A DNA stretch of 64,000 nucleotides from Macrostomum lignano (GCA_002269645.1 NIVC01001003.1:124001-188000), one strand, 5' to 3'; positions 46,791 to 61,927 are shown, counted from the first letter of the stretch. The notes: generated by a model from the sequence alone, not told the origin. A program made the numbers and translations.

Positions 46791-49700
46791 CCCACAAGTG
46801 CACATGCACTAGAAATCTAAGAAGTTAAATAATATTATAGCTACCATAGGCTTTTCCGTAAATCAATGAACGTAATTTTTTATTAGAGCTTAACAAAATT
46901 TGGTAAGATATAAATAATAAAACCATCTTGTTGCCAGTTTTACTATAAAAAATTTTTTCGAATAACATTTTTGGAGAAAAAAGCAGAGGTTTTATTTAAG
47001 AATATAGTGCAGAACAGTTTATTTCAACTTCTCCTCGGTGTATAATTTTATTCGTCATCAGGGTCGTTCGCAAATTCTAGGAGGAGCAAAAATTTTAACA
47101 ATTTTCCGAACATTTACTATTGTTACTGCCATATTGAAAATAATAGGACACTTTTATCTGTGAATAAAGATAATTTTTGGGTTGAACTTTATCATGCAAA
47201 AGTGTTTTTAATCATCTGGAGGTATTAAGCGATAATTAGCGATGAAAAAATTCAAATTCAATCATTTTACCGATGTTAATTTTTGATTACTACAAGATGT
47301 CTGTAGCTAAAAAAAGTTGTTGTTGTGTTGAAACCTTGCTATATTACATTTAAAATGAAAGCTTATATAAATTTAATTTAAGATTTTTTTAAAGCTTAAT
47401 AAACTGCGCTATAAATTATTTTATAGACGCTTAACTGTACGCCTAGCATTTCCGGTGGGATAGCCTCTTCTCATCTCACAAAATGTATTTTTCAGCTGAC
47501 GTCTAGAATGTGCGCTTAAAATGATACATTTTGATGCAGATAATTAGAAAAACATGTCTTATTATCTTTTTGTAAAAAATTGTTATGAAATAGAGCACTA
47601 TTGTTGATAAAAATAATTAAAAGCAACCATGCATCGCAATAAACTCCTACTTTGAAGCACAAAATAAATATCCTGTAACCACACTAGCATTCTCCATGGA
47701 GCACCTTTTGAGCTGAAATTTTACACAGATATCCAGTAAAGTAAACTGAGCAAATGATTTTTTTTTGTTTATGAAAATACTTCAATTTGGCTATGTATCA
47801 GTTAGTTCATTGGACATATTTATTATATTTTTATTAGAATCCTTGTAACCAAGCTACAGAGAAACATGTGCAAAACTGGACCTTGAAATTTGACCTGAAT
47901 GATCAGCAAATGTGTATCTCGAAATGATTTTTTTTGTTTTCATCAAGTCATTCTATGCTAATTTTTTCTGAAGGGAAAGATACCATATATTTAAAGTCAA
48001 TAGGGGAAGCATTTAGACTTATTCAATAGTCATTAAAATTGCAACTATATTATTATAATATAGTAATAATATTATACATGTATTATATAGTAATATTAAC
48101 TTCTAAGATGCCCTTATAAATTTAATTAAAGACAACAGGCCTTAATTAATTAATCAGCATTTTGAAGAAACTGACCTTATACAGATGGGCCCCAAGCTAA
48201 GAAATGAATGTAGAGCTTATTTCGTGTAAGGTATAAAAATCAATTTATTATAATATTAAATACTCCTAATAAATTGGTTAAATTAGTTATTTACCTTGAA
48301 TTAATTTAATTTAATAATTAAATATATAAATTTGTTTCACTTCTTACTGCATTTAAATAGAGTACCTCTCTACTATACTATAGAAGTATAGTAAAAGTAT
48401 GGTAAAAAAGTATAGTAAAAAAAATTCTTTGGTTTAATCCCAGCTTGCCTCAGTTTTTTAGTCTTAATACGAGCTAGATAGTAAGTGTTGATTAATTTGC
48501 TCCATCACCTTTTGCCACGGAAACAGCACATGTCGGACATGCAACACTCTTCCTGATCCCTGGATTCAAGATGACTGCTTCTGCTTCTTCAATGCTTGAA
48601 AACTGAGCTCATGGAGCTTTAGGTTATGCTGTCAGAGTGCTGCTGCCGGTGCTGTGTGTGTGTATGTGTGTGTCTTCTGCGGGTAGGTTCCCTGTCCCTC
48701 AGTTTAGCCACTGTTGTGGGCTAACTGGAGGAATTGCTGTTGTCGGTGCTGCAGGTGGCACTGCATGGTAGTATTGACGCTGTCAGTGACGCTGGCAAAG
48801 GCTTGGACGAAGCTAGGTGCCGTCATTGTCAGGAGGACATGCGTGTGCTGCTTAGACCAGTGCGCACATTCGACTGGACTTGTATCTGGTGCAGTCTGGT
48901 GTATTCACTGAGATTGTGTGGATCTGCCTCCTCGCATCACCTCAACCAGGCTCAATTTCTTTTGTAGAATTTTCGTGCGCTGCTTAACTGCATCTTGTGC
49001 CTGCTGAGTGATGCCAAGAATTGTGCCACACAATAATTTGGCCCATAAACTACGAGCTACTCGTATATTATACATATGTATGCACAGCACACACACACGC
49101 AGTTCATTCATATTAAATGTACTAGTTAATGGAATTCTCATCTCATGAGCTCTAGTCTATGGACAAACCTGAAATTACTAGAATATCTAGATAGATCTAA
49201 ACTTATTTGAGCAGCGCGCTGCGCTGCGAGCAAATACATGTAGATTCCTTAGCGCAACTAATTAATAGTGTAGTACAGTCTACAGCCTGAAGTAGCCTGT
49301 GTAAGATGCGGAGGGATGATTTTTGCATAGGAAGCCACTACGGTAAGGTTGATGGAACTCTGGGGAGGTGAGAGATTCAAAGCGAGGGACGGAAGCCATG
49401 CATAGTTTGATCATAAGTTTGATTATTGCATGAGTCTGGGGATGCATTAACGAGAGGCGGACGAGAGCATATAAATAAAGCGGGCTAAATATATTAATAC
49501 ACAAAATTACATGTACTAGCTTGTAATTTCAGATTGGTCAGCGACTCCTCCGATTTGTATCCGCGACCGCGTGCCCACAAATCCCCCGGCAGACCCTGTC
49601 GCAGTTGGTGGTTGTGCACAGAATACAATGTTAATTTTCGAGCTTCTCTGCAAAAAATGCGTGATGCACTCAAGATGCGTGCTATAGTCTACTTCTTTGA

Positions 49701-52238
49701 TTGATGGCTGGGTTTTGCCTTTTCGCTTGTGATCATCAAAAGCTTGGGCGTCATTGCTACTGGTGTTTCAGTGTGCGCATTATGTCTGGTTATCATATTA
49801 TGTGCGTGTGCAGTGTCTTTTACCTACATTTTTGTTTGTCTCTGTTTCCTGCATGCTCTTTCGCATTTTTACACCTCGCACATCCTCATTTTTCTCAATT
49901 AACAAGTGAAATCTTTTCTTAAAGACTAATTGCTATTTTAGTTAAGCTAGTAGGTTTTTGGTAATTCAATTCAATAATTCAGAAATAATTCAATTTTGTC
50001 TAGTTTTCAAAAAGTTTCAAAAAATGAATTAATTAAAATGAATTTGAATTATTTTAAGTTAATTGGAGTAAAATGTCTAATAAGTAACTATAATTTTTTA
50101 TTTTAAGTACATGTAGCTTTGGTATAAGTATTAATGTAATGAGTACTTAAAGTAAAATCAAGCAAGTTATAGTTTTCAGAAATTATGCTACAAATAATCA
50201 AATATATACTAGTATCCGAATTCCTTTATTAAGGAACATGCAGTCGATATTAAATCCACAATGTGCTTTTTGGTGTTCAAGGATAGTTCCCTGACTTTTT
50301 CTATTATTAGTTAGATTTTATTATATTTAATGTAAAAATGAACAATTCTATTCAAGGTAAAAATGAACATTCTTTATTTGTCGAATCATCTTGCATTTGA
50401 AAAGATACATAGTGAAAACTTGATTTTTAATTCAACCTTTCAAGACTTATTTAGACTTCTTAATTCAGTGATTAGTTAAACTGATCGAAGTTCTTTCGAG
50501 TGCGTGCTATAATAATTTCGCACTTTTTCGCACACGATAATTTTAAATGTCTGGGATTTAGAGCAGAGTAACAAAATGCTGTGCTCAAAAACATTTCCTT
50601 TGTCAATTTCTTGTTCTTTTATTTTTGCAAAAGAAATTTAACTGCATATTTAAAATAAAAATGGAAGAAAATTTTATTTTCTCTTTAATATTTTTGTCGT
50701 TTATTTTCCGCAACAAAGAATAACAAATAGCCTTGATTTCTTCTCAATTTAAAGTTTTCTTGTGGTTTTAGTAGCAGCTTCTTACAGAAATTGTCGAAAT
50801 AATTTTTTTTGTACGATTATTGGTCGATGTATAAACTTTTTTTGCAATAACAAAAAGTTGTGACCTAGCTTTGAGAACGACCCATCAATCAGCAACAGCA
50901 GGCAAGCATATATGCGTGTTGCTGTGTCCGCCTGTGTGTGCTGTGTGTTGCGGTGATGTACGACTACGAGCGTATTTTTTGCAACACTTTATGTCATATG
51001 AATATTCTTAGATATCTAGTAACAAAATATAGTCTAGTTACAAACAGATAGTGATAGGGTCTAGTAGGCCTATTACAAAATAATAAGAGAACACATCATG
51101 CTGCTCATGCCCATTGACTACCACCCACCCACACAGATACATCAAATGCATCTTATCCAAAAACAACATAAAAATCCTCAGGTTGCTGTCAAATTTTGCT
51201 AAAAAGTATAATAGGCCCTAATTTTCAAAAAATTCATTAAATTTGTAACTGTACTTTTTAGGGTAGGCCTAGGCCTCATAAGTCCAAGTCATAGGCGTTG
51301 GAATCGGAATGGGGGGCCATCAATGGTGCCTAGTCACCCACTTTTTAGCAAATTTTGGTATATTTTACTCCAAATAGGCCTAGTCTAGTGTTAAAGTTGT
51401 TATATTTTTTAAATTTAATCCAATAAATTATTTGCTGATTTTATTTATCTTAGCCCCCCCCCCCTCCTATGTATGAAAGGTAGAGGGTAGAAACTAAAAT
51501 ATAAATTAGATCAAGTCAGATCTGATAGATCAGCAATTAATTGATTATAATAGATGACTAATGATCATCATAAGTGTCAATAGGGAGGGCTTAGGGGTGC
51601 CAGTTATTTTGGTGACAAGCCATAGTCCGGATCATGCTGGGTGCATGCCCAAACAAAAATTGAATAATTACAAATGCACGTCAGAAAAAATGTAGTGCAC
51701 AACGATTCTCAAAAATACGCCAGTGTTGCAACAATAAATGACCTTTTTTACATTGGGACAATAAAGTAATTCTTTTAAATTGTGTAATAGACCATTATTA
51801 CCAGATAATTTGGTTGCTTTTTATGCTTTTTTGGCAATACTATTTTATGGCAAAAAATTAATGCACGCAAAAAATTGTTTAAATGCTCTTTTATAAGCTA
51901 AAAAATGAGAAAGCTTGAAATTTGGACTTAAAAATGAACTTATTCATCTTTTTTCTTCTTCACAATTACTCTTACACGTGATTCTATAAAGTGCATGCAT
52001 GCCAGGTGTACACGCATACTCTCTTCTTAGGAGTGATGCAACGCCAACTGTGCATGCCTAATTTTTAGGCATACTACATGATCCGGAGTGTGGGTGACAA
52101 GTTGTTTCAGTGATAAACATTTTAGTGACAAATAGTCACTTTAGTGACAGGATTGTGTTTAGGATATTTAAGGCAAAAATTATAGTTTTCTTTTTGTATA
52201 GATCATTTAAATTTTCTTAGATTATTCAAACATAATAA

Positions 52239-52867
52239 ATGAGTATAACTTTGGCCATCAACTTTTCCGTCAACTTTTCCATTCACTTTTCCGTCAACTA
52301 TTCCGTCAACTATTCTGTCAACTTTTTGTGTTAGTAGGATAAATAACTTCATCCATCAACTATTCCGTCAAGTATTCCGTTAACTTTTCTATCAACTTTT
52401 CTATGAAGTATTCCGTTAAATTTTTCTGTTAACTTTTTGGTCAACATTTCCATTTACTATTCCATTAACTTTTCTGCCAAATATCTATCACTTTTCCGTT
52501 AACTATTTCATCAACATTTATGCAAGTCCGTACAATATTCTATCAAACTTTTTGTGTACTCTGAATGGAAAGGGATATAATTTTTTGCACAAGTGCAGTT
52601 TCCTTTGGAATTTTTTATACATGCTTTAAATTTGTTGAGTATACATGTACATGCATTATACATTTATGCACAGACTAACAAAGTATAAAAACACATGCAA
52701 ATTAATAATGTTACTTCAGTCACTTCAGTGACGGCAACTTTCAAAGACCTAAATATGCAAATAGTACTATAGAATAAATAATAGTTTATGGAATAGTTAA
52801 AATAAAACTCGACAAGAAAGTTGAGGGAAAAGTTGATGGAAAAGTTGATGGCCAAAGTTATACTCAT
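52239..52867. mobile_element. Foldback-like MITE with internal AACTTTTCCGTC subrepeats
   Basis: ATGAGTATAACTTTGGCCATCAACTTTTCC inverted at 52838-52867; near-TSD CATAATAA / CATAATAT. Confidence 0.65.
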
Positions 52868-53699
52868 CATAATATAAACATATTCAAGGATCCTCATCAC
52901 AAAATGCTGACCTTGAGAAAAGCATAGACATGACTGATAGAGAAAATACACCTTGGATTTTAAAAATATCCAAATTAAAAACATTGCAACTCTGTAACAA
53001 TAAAAAAACAAAATTAAAAAAAAAATACTTTTTAATTTTGGAAACATCTAAAATTTGGGTCTTATATCAGTTATAATAACTAAGATATTTTTTTGCTTGT
53101 GACAATAATGGCTATTACCAAAAATATATTTTTCTTATCACCAAAATAACTTTTGCTTGTGACTAAAATGATTGTTACCAAAACATCTTATTATTAAAAC
53201 AATTGTAATCTGGGCTTAAGGGGCCATGGCCCTCTATTTTTAAAGTGGGAAAGGGGTATCAATGGTACCATGCCTACCTGCTCCTAAAATTATATTAGCT
53301 ATGCAACTTAGTTTTGAGTAAAATGTTTCTTAGTTTTTTAACTTGTCCAAAACAAAAATCTATTTTTAACAGATTTTGTTTAAAGAGAAAATTTTTTTTA
53401 AATAATTAACATTGAACCTTAAACTTAGTTTGTTATATAATAACTAGATTAGCCAAGTTAGCTAGGCCTAGCAGTTGCTCATCTTTATAGGATACACCCC
53501 CCTATCCCCCTCCCTATGCCCCTGCTACATTTATCCTTGCTTTAGCCATTATTATCCCAATTATACAATGTGCATATACCATGGAAAATCTCTTATCTTA
53601 AGCCTCTATTAGCAATTAGCACCCTTATTATAGAACCAACAATGAGTAGAATACATTTTTTTAAATAAACTACATATAGCTTCTCCTTGCAATAATCTC

Positions 53700-54300
53700 A
53701 GCAATTTCTCTTATAAAAATTGACATCTCAACAATCCCTTATAAGCTTTGACATCTTAGCAATGCCCTTCATAAGCCTTGGAATCTCAATAAATCACCTG
53801 CCAGCCTAGAAATCTTAGTAATACCCTAACATAACCCTAAATCCTTGACATCTCAGTAATTCTTCCACTATAAACCTTGATATTTCAGTAATTCTCTTTA
53901 AGAGTCATAAACTCATAGCATTATAGCAATTTATTCGAAGCCTTGACATTGCAGCAATTCCCAAATCAATCTTCTATATTTGACATGACACATTTTTTAT
54001 ATTTGACATAATGCTTCTTTTCTATTTTACATTACTCTTCTTTCTTTTTGAATTGACACATTTTATATGACAATTCTTCTATTAGTGCCACCCCATTGGA
54101 AAGCCAACAAAGAATGTAATACAAATTTTTGAAAAAAACTACATTTAGCTTCTGACCTCAGCCTTTATATCTTAGCAATTTCCCCCTATAAGCCTCAACA
54201 TTTTAGCAATTCCCACCATAAGCCTTGACATTTTAGCAATTCCCACCATAAGCCTTGACCTCTTAGCAATTCCCCCTATAAGCCTTGGCACCTTAGCAAT
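53700..54300. repeat. Degenerate 30-bp repeat (TTAGCAATTCCCACCATAAGCCTTGACATT)
   Basis: Clear copies at 54170-54300, decayed copies at 53700-53960. Confidence 0.7.
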
Positions 54301-54880
54301 TTTCCCTAAGACTACATGAAAATTCTTTTATGCTTTACATGACACTTCTTTTAGGTCTACATTTAGGTCTATTTTTGCAACTTACCTTGGCTAGGCCCCT
54401 TGCCAGCCAGCCAGATTGGCTAGGTGTTGCACATGTGACATGTATGATTCAACTGGTGCAGATCCCAATACTATACCATTGCTAACCAAGTCCAAATCAA
54501 AGCTCCAATTACAAATAGAGCTGCCAATAGAAATATATTCACTTAGAAGTTTTTTGTTGACATTCCTTGCTATTATATATGTATGTTGTAATACAATATC
54601 ATAGCTATCAATATATACTTTTTATATCAATAGCATCTATTCCAGTAAAAAGTACAACTGTACTTTAAAGCTAGGTAATTTCCTTTTGGTCAGGCACTTA
54701 CTTGTCTCAGCCAATTGAACTTTACAGTCATCCAACCCACTTGTGCGCACCTGTTCTTGCAATTCCAAGTAATTCAATTGCACCCAACATTGTGCAAACT
54801 TTTATTGTCCTGTTCATTTCTTCTCAGACCAGTGCACAGTGCTCAGCACTCCGGCATTCTTCGGAATAAAATCTGCAAAT

Positions 54881-55476
54881 ATGAGAAACGACATCAAACG
54901 AGCCAGGCGGGGCGGCTCGCCCCATTCCGTTGAGCCTTCCAAGGTTGTATTCGTTCGCGGCATTCTATCCAATACTAGCGAGCGCGAGGTTCAGCGAGTA
55001 TTTGAACAGTATGGCGACGTGAAGTGCGTATTCCTCATACCCAAGCAGCACCAGGCACTGGTGGAATTTGCCACCCTATCCGAGGCTGAACAATTGATTC
55101 GCCGAGCGGAATCCGGCGAACTTGTGCACATCCGGGATCAGCCAGTTGGCATCGGGTTCTCCAAGCAGGCCCGCATCACCGATCCGAACAAACTCTACCT
55201 GTCGCACGATCCGACTCGCATTCTACTGTTCACCCTGTTCCATATTGAGGTGCAGATTGATTGCGAGACGTTCAGACAAATCTGCGGCCGCTACGGTCGC
55301 CTCATGCGAGTCTGCCTAACTAAAAACGGCATTGACACGCAGGCTATTGTGGAATTCAGTCGAGTTGAAGAGGCCGCCGAGGCCAAGCCGAATCTTAACG
55401 GGGCGGACATCTACGAGAATTGCAATACGCTCCGAGTTGAATATGTCACCGAGATGGCCTACGATGTGCTTGCTAG
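54881..55476 (+). CDS. hnRNP L-like RRM protein, exon 1 (RRM1, RRM2)
   Basis: PSKVVFVRG, QALVEF, ILLFTL, QAIVEF, AKPNLNGADIYENCNTLRVEY match hnRNP L/PTB RRMs. AG|GTTTGC donor, phase 2. Confidence 0.88.
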
Positions 55477-55799
55477 GTTTGCCACCTCTTCTTTCTTAAA
55501 TGCTGCCTTGTCATCGAGAGTATTAGTTGCGTGTTGTTTAATAATGGCTTTGTCCATACTTACACGCACGCACACTTTGTGCCAGCGGTTGGTTTGATAA
55601 CTCCGAAAGCATCTCCATAACTTTAGCGATGTTCCTCCGTTCTCTTGTTCGCTTCTTCCTATTTTTGTTTCCATTAAACTGAAAAAGATTATCTATTATC
55701 AATTCTACTGTAATTACTAACTGACCTCATATGTCAGTTAAATAATTGGTTAATTATTTTAGTTATTAATACTTATTACTATAAATTTTTCTATGGCAG

Positions 55800-56393
55800 A
55801 GATCCGCGCTCGGTTCTGGACGAATGGCCGGTTCGAAATCAGCAACGCGAGCTGCCGTTGCCAACGCCGGGCGGCGCGGCGGCTCACAGGTCACGTGACC
55901 GGTCCCGATCGCGCTCCCGGGATCGCTACGGGCCAGCTCCGTCCCGACGGCCCCGACGCTCTCGCTCGCCGATTCCTAGCAGTGGAGGCGGCGGCGGCAG
56001 TCGCGACGTGGTGTCGAATTTGATCGGCCTGGCCAGCCAGCTGTCGGACATCCGGGTGCCCGGCCTGGACACCAGAGGCATCATGCAGTACCTGCAGGCC
56101 GCCGCCGCAGCTGCCGCTGTCTCGGAGCATCAGGGCGGAGGCGGCGACAGTCGCAGCGGGCGCCGGTCGCGCAGTCGGGATCGGGCCGGCGACTATCATC
56201 GCGCCAGCAGTAGCGGCGGCGGCGGCCGTCAGCAGTCGGGATCCTCATCTGGCTGCATTCTGTTTCTATGCGGCCTGAGCGACCGGATGAACTGCGACAG
56301 GCTCTTCAATCTGCTGTGCATGTACGGCAACGTGCGCCTGGTCAAGTTCTTTGCTAGCAACACCAACCAGGCCATGGTGGAGATGTCTGATAG
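55800..56393 (+). CDS. hnRNP L-like exon 2 (RS-rich linker, RRM3 first half)
   Basis: ggcag|A acceptor; MNCDRLFNLLCMYGNVRLVKF...QAMVEM is diagnostic of hnRNP L RRM3; AG|GTAAGA donor. Confidence 0.9.
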
Positions 56394-56739
56394 GTAAGAA
56401 TTTATACCTGATGTAAAATCAGGCAGAGGCGATTTAAATTAAAAGCGATGTAAAATCGGTAGAATCGGCGTAGATGTCGCTTTTTGACCAAAAATGCGAC
56501 TTACCTATAAAAATTCCTGAGAAAAGTTTACGTAGTTTTTGGTAAACAGTAGGAATAACTATGACTGTATTATTAACGAAAAATGCCTCGTGATACAATT
56601 AGCATTGCGTCTGTACTTTGGATGGGCATTTTTGCGGCTTACCTTGGCTGGGCCCCTCGGCCGGGTGTATGCTCCAGCAAATGTATATTATTTTACTATT
56701 AAAAGCGCAATCAATTCCCAACTACCAAACTACCAACAG

Positions 56740-57301
56740 GGCCTCCGCTGATATGTGCGTTCGCTTTCTGCACAATCGCACAGTGCTGGGCCGTCGCATT
56801 GTGGTGGACTATGCGCGTCAGGACTTTCTCAAGAACACGGAGAATCTCACTAACCTGCCGGATGGTACGCCCAGCGTCAAAGACTTCTTCGCTAGGGAGC
56901 GCTCGTTAAATAGGTTTCTAACGCCGGAAAAGGCTCGCAAGAATCACCCCATGGAGCCCTGCACCACCGTGTACTTTTGGGGCGTGCCGCCGGACAGTAA
57001 CGAGCAGGACTTGTGCAACGTGCTGGAGAATCTGGACGCGCCCAGGCCGCACGATGTGTCATTTTTTAATAACCAAGGCATCCGCAGCGGCCTCATGATG
57101 TTCGATAACGTTCGCGACGCGCTTGACGCCATCTGTCTGGCTAACCATGCCGAAATCACGGTCGGCGGCCGGACCTGCATGCTGAAGCTCACCTTCTCGG
57201 AGTCGCGTAGGCGCGGACCCGACGCTGCTGGCGATAGGAACGGCGGCGGAGGCGGCGGCGGGCGCGGCGGAAGGCCTCGGGGTGGCGGCCGACGACCTTA
57301 A
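56740..57301 (+). CDS. hnRNP L-like exon 3 (RRM3 end, RRM4, RGG tail)
   Basis: caacag|G acceptor; LPDGTPSVKDF...LNRF, SGLMMF...ALDAICLANH, LKLTFS. Spliced CDS is 1752 nt (583 aa + stop). Confidence 0.9.
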
Positions 57302-57974
57302 TTATCTTTTAAAATAAGAATACTGCTTCGGACGGACTCATTAATTTATTACCTTGTTACTTTAATTAGGCCTGCGTCCGGTGAACTATAATAAACGGTG
57401 GCTTTTAAACTGGAATATGGGATAATACAATTAGTTCAATTATAATAATTTCATAGACGTAACAGTAATATTATGTGGGGAAGCTTTGTAGCATTCGTTG
57501 TATTTCGCTGTTCAACAGGTTCGTTGCTGCTACCGTTTTTACTTGCTCGTCTGTTTCTTTGTTGTTGTTGTTGTGCCGTTAAAATTCTAATGCTTTTTTT
57601 GCAACACGTAGGCCTCTTAGGCAAACAGCTATGCTAAAAACGACTATTTCATCTTTCGTTAAGTTTTAACAACAGTTTTTTATGACCATTTGTTTATATT
57701 GGTCAGTCGGCATCTTAGTAAAGTCAATACTACTTACTATTCTCTATTTAAGTAATACGTGCAAAATTATTTTTTGTCTCTTGTTCTGTGTTTTAAAAAA
57801 CTAAAATTATTAACTATTATACGAATTGCTTAATATGAAGCAATCGTTTATTAAAATAATAATATTTAGCCTAGCGCTCTTAATATCAATAACAGTGGCG
57901 CATCGCTTAATGAGCAGCATTTGCTCTTTGTTATTGAGCAATTTAACTTATTTTGCTTTTTGACTTCGGATCAG

Positions 57975-58975
57975 AGCACTCTCCCAGTCCCTATTCCGTC
58001 AGAAGAGCACTCTCCCAGTCCCTATTCAGTCAGAGGATCACTCTCCCAGTCCCTATTCAATCAGAGGATCACTCTCTCAGTCCCAATTCAATCAGAGGAT
58101 CACTCTCTCAGTCCCAATTCAGTCAGAAGAGCACTCTCCCAGTCCCAATTCAGTCAGAAGAGCACTCTCCCAGTCCCTATTCAATCAGAGGATCACTCTC
58201 TCAGTCCCAATTCAGTCAGAGGAGCACTCTCCCAGTCCCCGATTCAGTCAGAGGATCACTCTCCCAGTCCCAATTCAGTCAGAAGAGCACTCTCCCAGTC
58301 CCTATTCAATCAGAGGATCACTCTCTCAGTCCCAATTCAGTCAGAGGAGCACTCTCCCAGTCCCCGATTCAGTCAGAGGATCACTCTCCCAGTCCCCATT
58401 CAGCCAGAGGATCACTCTCCCAGTCCCCATTCAGCCAGAGGAGCACTCTCCCAGTCCCCGATTCAGTCAGAGGAGCACTCTCCCAGTCCCCATTCAGTCA
58501 GAGGAGCACTCTCCCAGTCCCCATTCAGCCAGAGGATCACTCTCCCAGTCCCCGATTCAGTCAGAGGATCACTCTCCCAGTCCCGGATTCAGTCAGAGGA
58601 GCACTCTCCCAGTCCCCATTCAGCCAGAGGATCACTCTCCCAGTCCCCATTCAGTCAGAGGATCACCCTCCCGCTCCCAGTCCCCATTCAGTCAGAGGAG
58701 CACTCTCCCAGTCCCCATTCAGTCAGAGGAGCACTCTCCCAGTCCCCATTCAGTCAGAGGAGCACTCTCCCAGTCCCCATTCAGTCAGAGGAGCACTCTC
58801 CCAGTCCCCATTCAGTAAGAGGATCACCCTCCCGCTCCCAGTCCCCATTCAGTCAGAGGATCACTCTCCCAGTCCCCATTCAGTCAGAGGAGCACTCTCC
58901 CAGTCCCCATTCAGTCAGAGGATCACCCTCCCGCTCCCAGTCCCCATTCAGTCAGAGGATCACTCTCCCAGTCCC
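57975..58975. repeat. 31-bp minisatellite (CACTCTCCCAGTCCCCATTCAGTCAGAGGA(G/T))
   Basis: Direct periodicity. Confidence 0.95.
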
Positions 58976-59117
58976 ATCCGCTACACCGATCGCACCTAAA
59001 CCTGCGAATCCCATTACGCATTTAACGAGTCCAGTAAAGACCAGTGAAGTCAAAATGATTGCATCAAAATGATTGCATCTAGTCAGCGCTTGCTTTTCCA
59101 TTCTCGTGCATGAATGA

Positions 59118-59849
<732 letters not shown>

Positions 59850-60019
59850 TGAAAATCAAGATTAAGGATTGGATACCAAGTGCGGGGCTCTGAAGCCATT
59901 TGTTTTATAGCTCGTATCTAGACTGGAGGCCATGAAGGGATTGAAGTCATTGAAGATATTGGAGTTCCTTGAAGGTGTTGGAGTCCCTGAAGGTATTTAA
60001 GAGTCTTTGGGGGTGTGTT

Positions 60020-61110
60020 TGTGAGTCTCTGAGGGTATCTGAGAGTCTTTGAGGGCATCTGAGAGTCTCTGAGGGCATCTGAGGGTCTCTGAGGGCATCT
60101 GAGAGTCTCGGAGGGCATCTGAGAGTCTCTGAGGGCATCTAAGAGTCTGAGGGCATCTGAGAGTCTCTGAGGGCATCTGAGAGTCTCTGAGGGCATCTGA
60201 GAGTCTCTGAGGGCATCTGAGAGTCTCTGAGGGCATCTGAGAGTCTCTGAGGGCATCTGAGAGTCTCTGAGGGCATCTGAGAGTCTCTGAGGGCATCTGA
60301 GAGTCTGAGGGCATCTAAGAGTCTGAGGGCATCTGAGAGTCTCTGAGGGCATCTGAGAGTCTCTGAGGGCATCTGAGAGTCTCTGAGGGCATCTGAGAGT
60401 CTCTGAGGGCATCTGAGAGTCTCTGAGGGCATCTGAGAGTCTCTGAGGGCATCTGAGAGTCTCTGAGGGCATCTGAGAGTCTCTGAGGGCATCTGAGAGT
60501 CTGAGGGCATCTGAGAGTCTCTGAGGGCATCTGAGAGTCTCTGACGGCATCTGAGGGTCTCTGAGGGCATCTGAGAGTCTCTGAGGGCATCTGAGAGTCT
60601 CTGACGGCATCTGAGGGTCTCTGAGGGCATCTGAGAGTCTCTGAGGGCATCTGAGAGTCTCTGAGGGCATCTGAGAGTCTCTGAGGGCATCTGAGAGTCT
60701 CTGAGGGCATCTGAGAGTCTCTGAGGGCATCTGAGAGTCTGAGGGCATCTGAGAGTCTGAGGGCATCTGAGAGTCTCTGAGGGCATCTGAGAGTCTCTGA
60801 GGGCATCTGAGAGTCTGAGGGCATCTGAGAGTCTGAGGGCATCTGAGGGCATCTGAGAGTCTGAGGGCATCTGAGAGTCTCTGAGGGCATCTGAAAGTCT
60901 CTGAGGACATCTGAGAGTCTCTGAAGATATCTAAGAGTTCATAAAGGTGTCTGAAAGTCTCTAAAGGTATCTGAGAGTCTCTGAAGATATCTAAGAGTAC
61001 ATAAAGGTGTCTGAAAGTCTCTAAAGGCATCTGAGAGTCTCTGAAGATATCTAAGAGTTCACAAAGGTGTCTGAAAGTCTCTGAAGGTATCTGAGAGTCC
61101 CTGAAGGTAT
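60020..61110. repeat. 20-bp minisatellite (CTCTGAGGGCATCTGAGAGT) in CCDC102-like intron 1
   Basis: Direct periodicity with 18-bp variants. Confidence 0.96.
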
Positions 61111-61376
61111 CGGAGAGTCGGTATCAGTTCTTAAAGAATGACATTCGAACTAAAGAAGATCAATGGTTCAGGGTCCCTGACTGCATTGGGGTCATTCAGT
61201 CATTGAGACTCACTGAGAAATTTGTTTGACAGCCCTGATGCTAGGCAGAGGTAATTAGGAAATCCTAAAAATTGATTGTAAGGCCGACGAAAGAGATGAG
61301 CGAGAGAGACTCGTACATAGGCTGAGAACACAGAACCAACAGTATCATGAGCCCCAAACTGCCCTGTCAATACCAG

Positions 61377-61927
61377 GCCGAGAGCAGTCGCCTGGCTCGC
61401 ACAGTCGAGCGTCTGCACGCCGCTCTCAGCAAGAAGCGTCACCAGTTGCGCGCCATCCGACAGCAGTCGCAGCAGCCGCAGTCGGCCTGTCGCAATCAAG
61501 GACCCGACGATGACAACAATGCCACCGATGTAGAATTGGCCGAAGCCGAAGTGGCCGAAGTGGCCGCCGAGCTGACCAGAGCGCGCCGAGAGATCGAACG
61601 CCTGCTGGCCGCGAACTCCGTTGAATGGTCCCGGCGGCAGCTGGCCGAAACTCGTCTAGCCGTCAGCGAAGCCGAGACTCGGCGACTGCGACGCGCCCTG
61701 GCCGAAGTTGACACTAATAACAATAATAACAATGAGGAGGGCGAAGGCGAGGGCGATGCCGCTGAGCCTCGATTCGCTTCCATAGCGGAGCTTCGTCACA
61801 GTCGCCGAGTGTGCAGCCTATTGCGCGACGAAGTCGCCTCGTTGAGGCTGCGAGTTGCTCACCTGCAGTCGATGCTGGTTCGAGCCGAGGAGGCCGGACT
61901 GGCCGCTGTTGGCTGCTGCTTGGACGG
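61377..61927 (+). CDS. CCDC102: CCDC102-like exon 2 (coiled coil)
   Basis: accag|GCC acceptor, phase 0; heptad-rich; GG|GTGAGT donor, phase 2 (an in-frame TGA at 61929-61931 is the alternative end). Confidence 0.8.
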
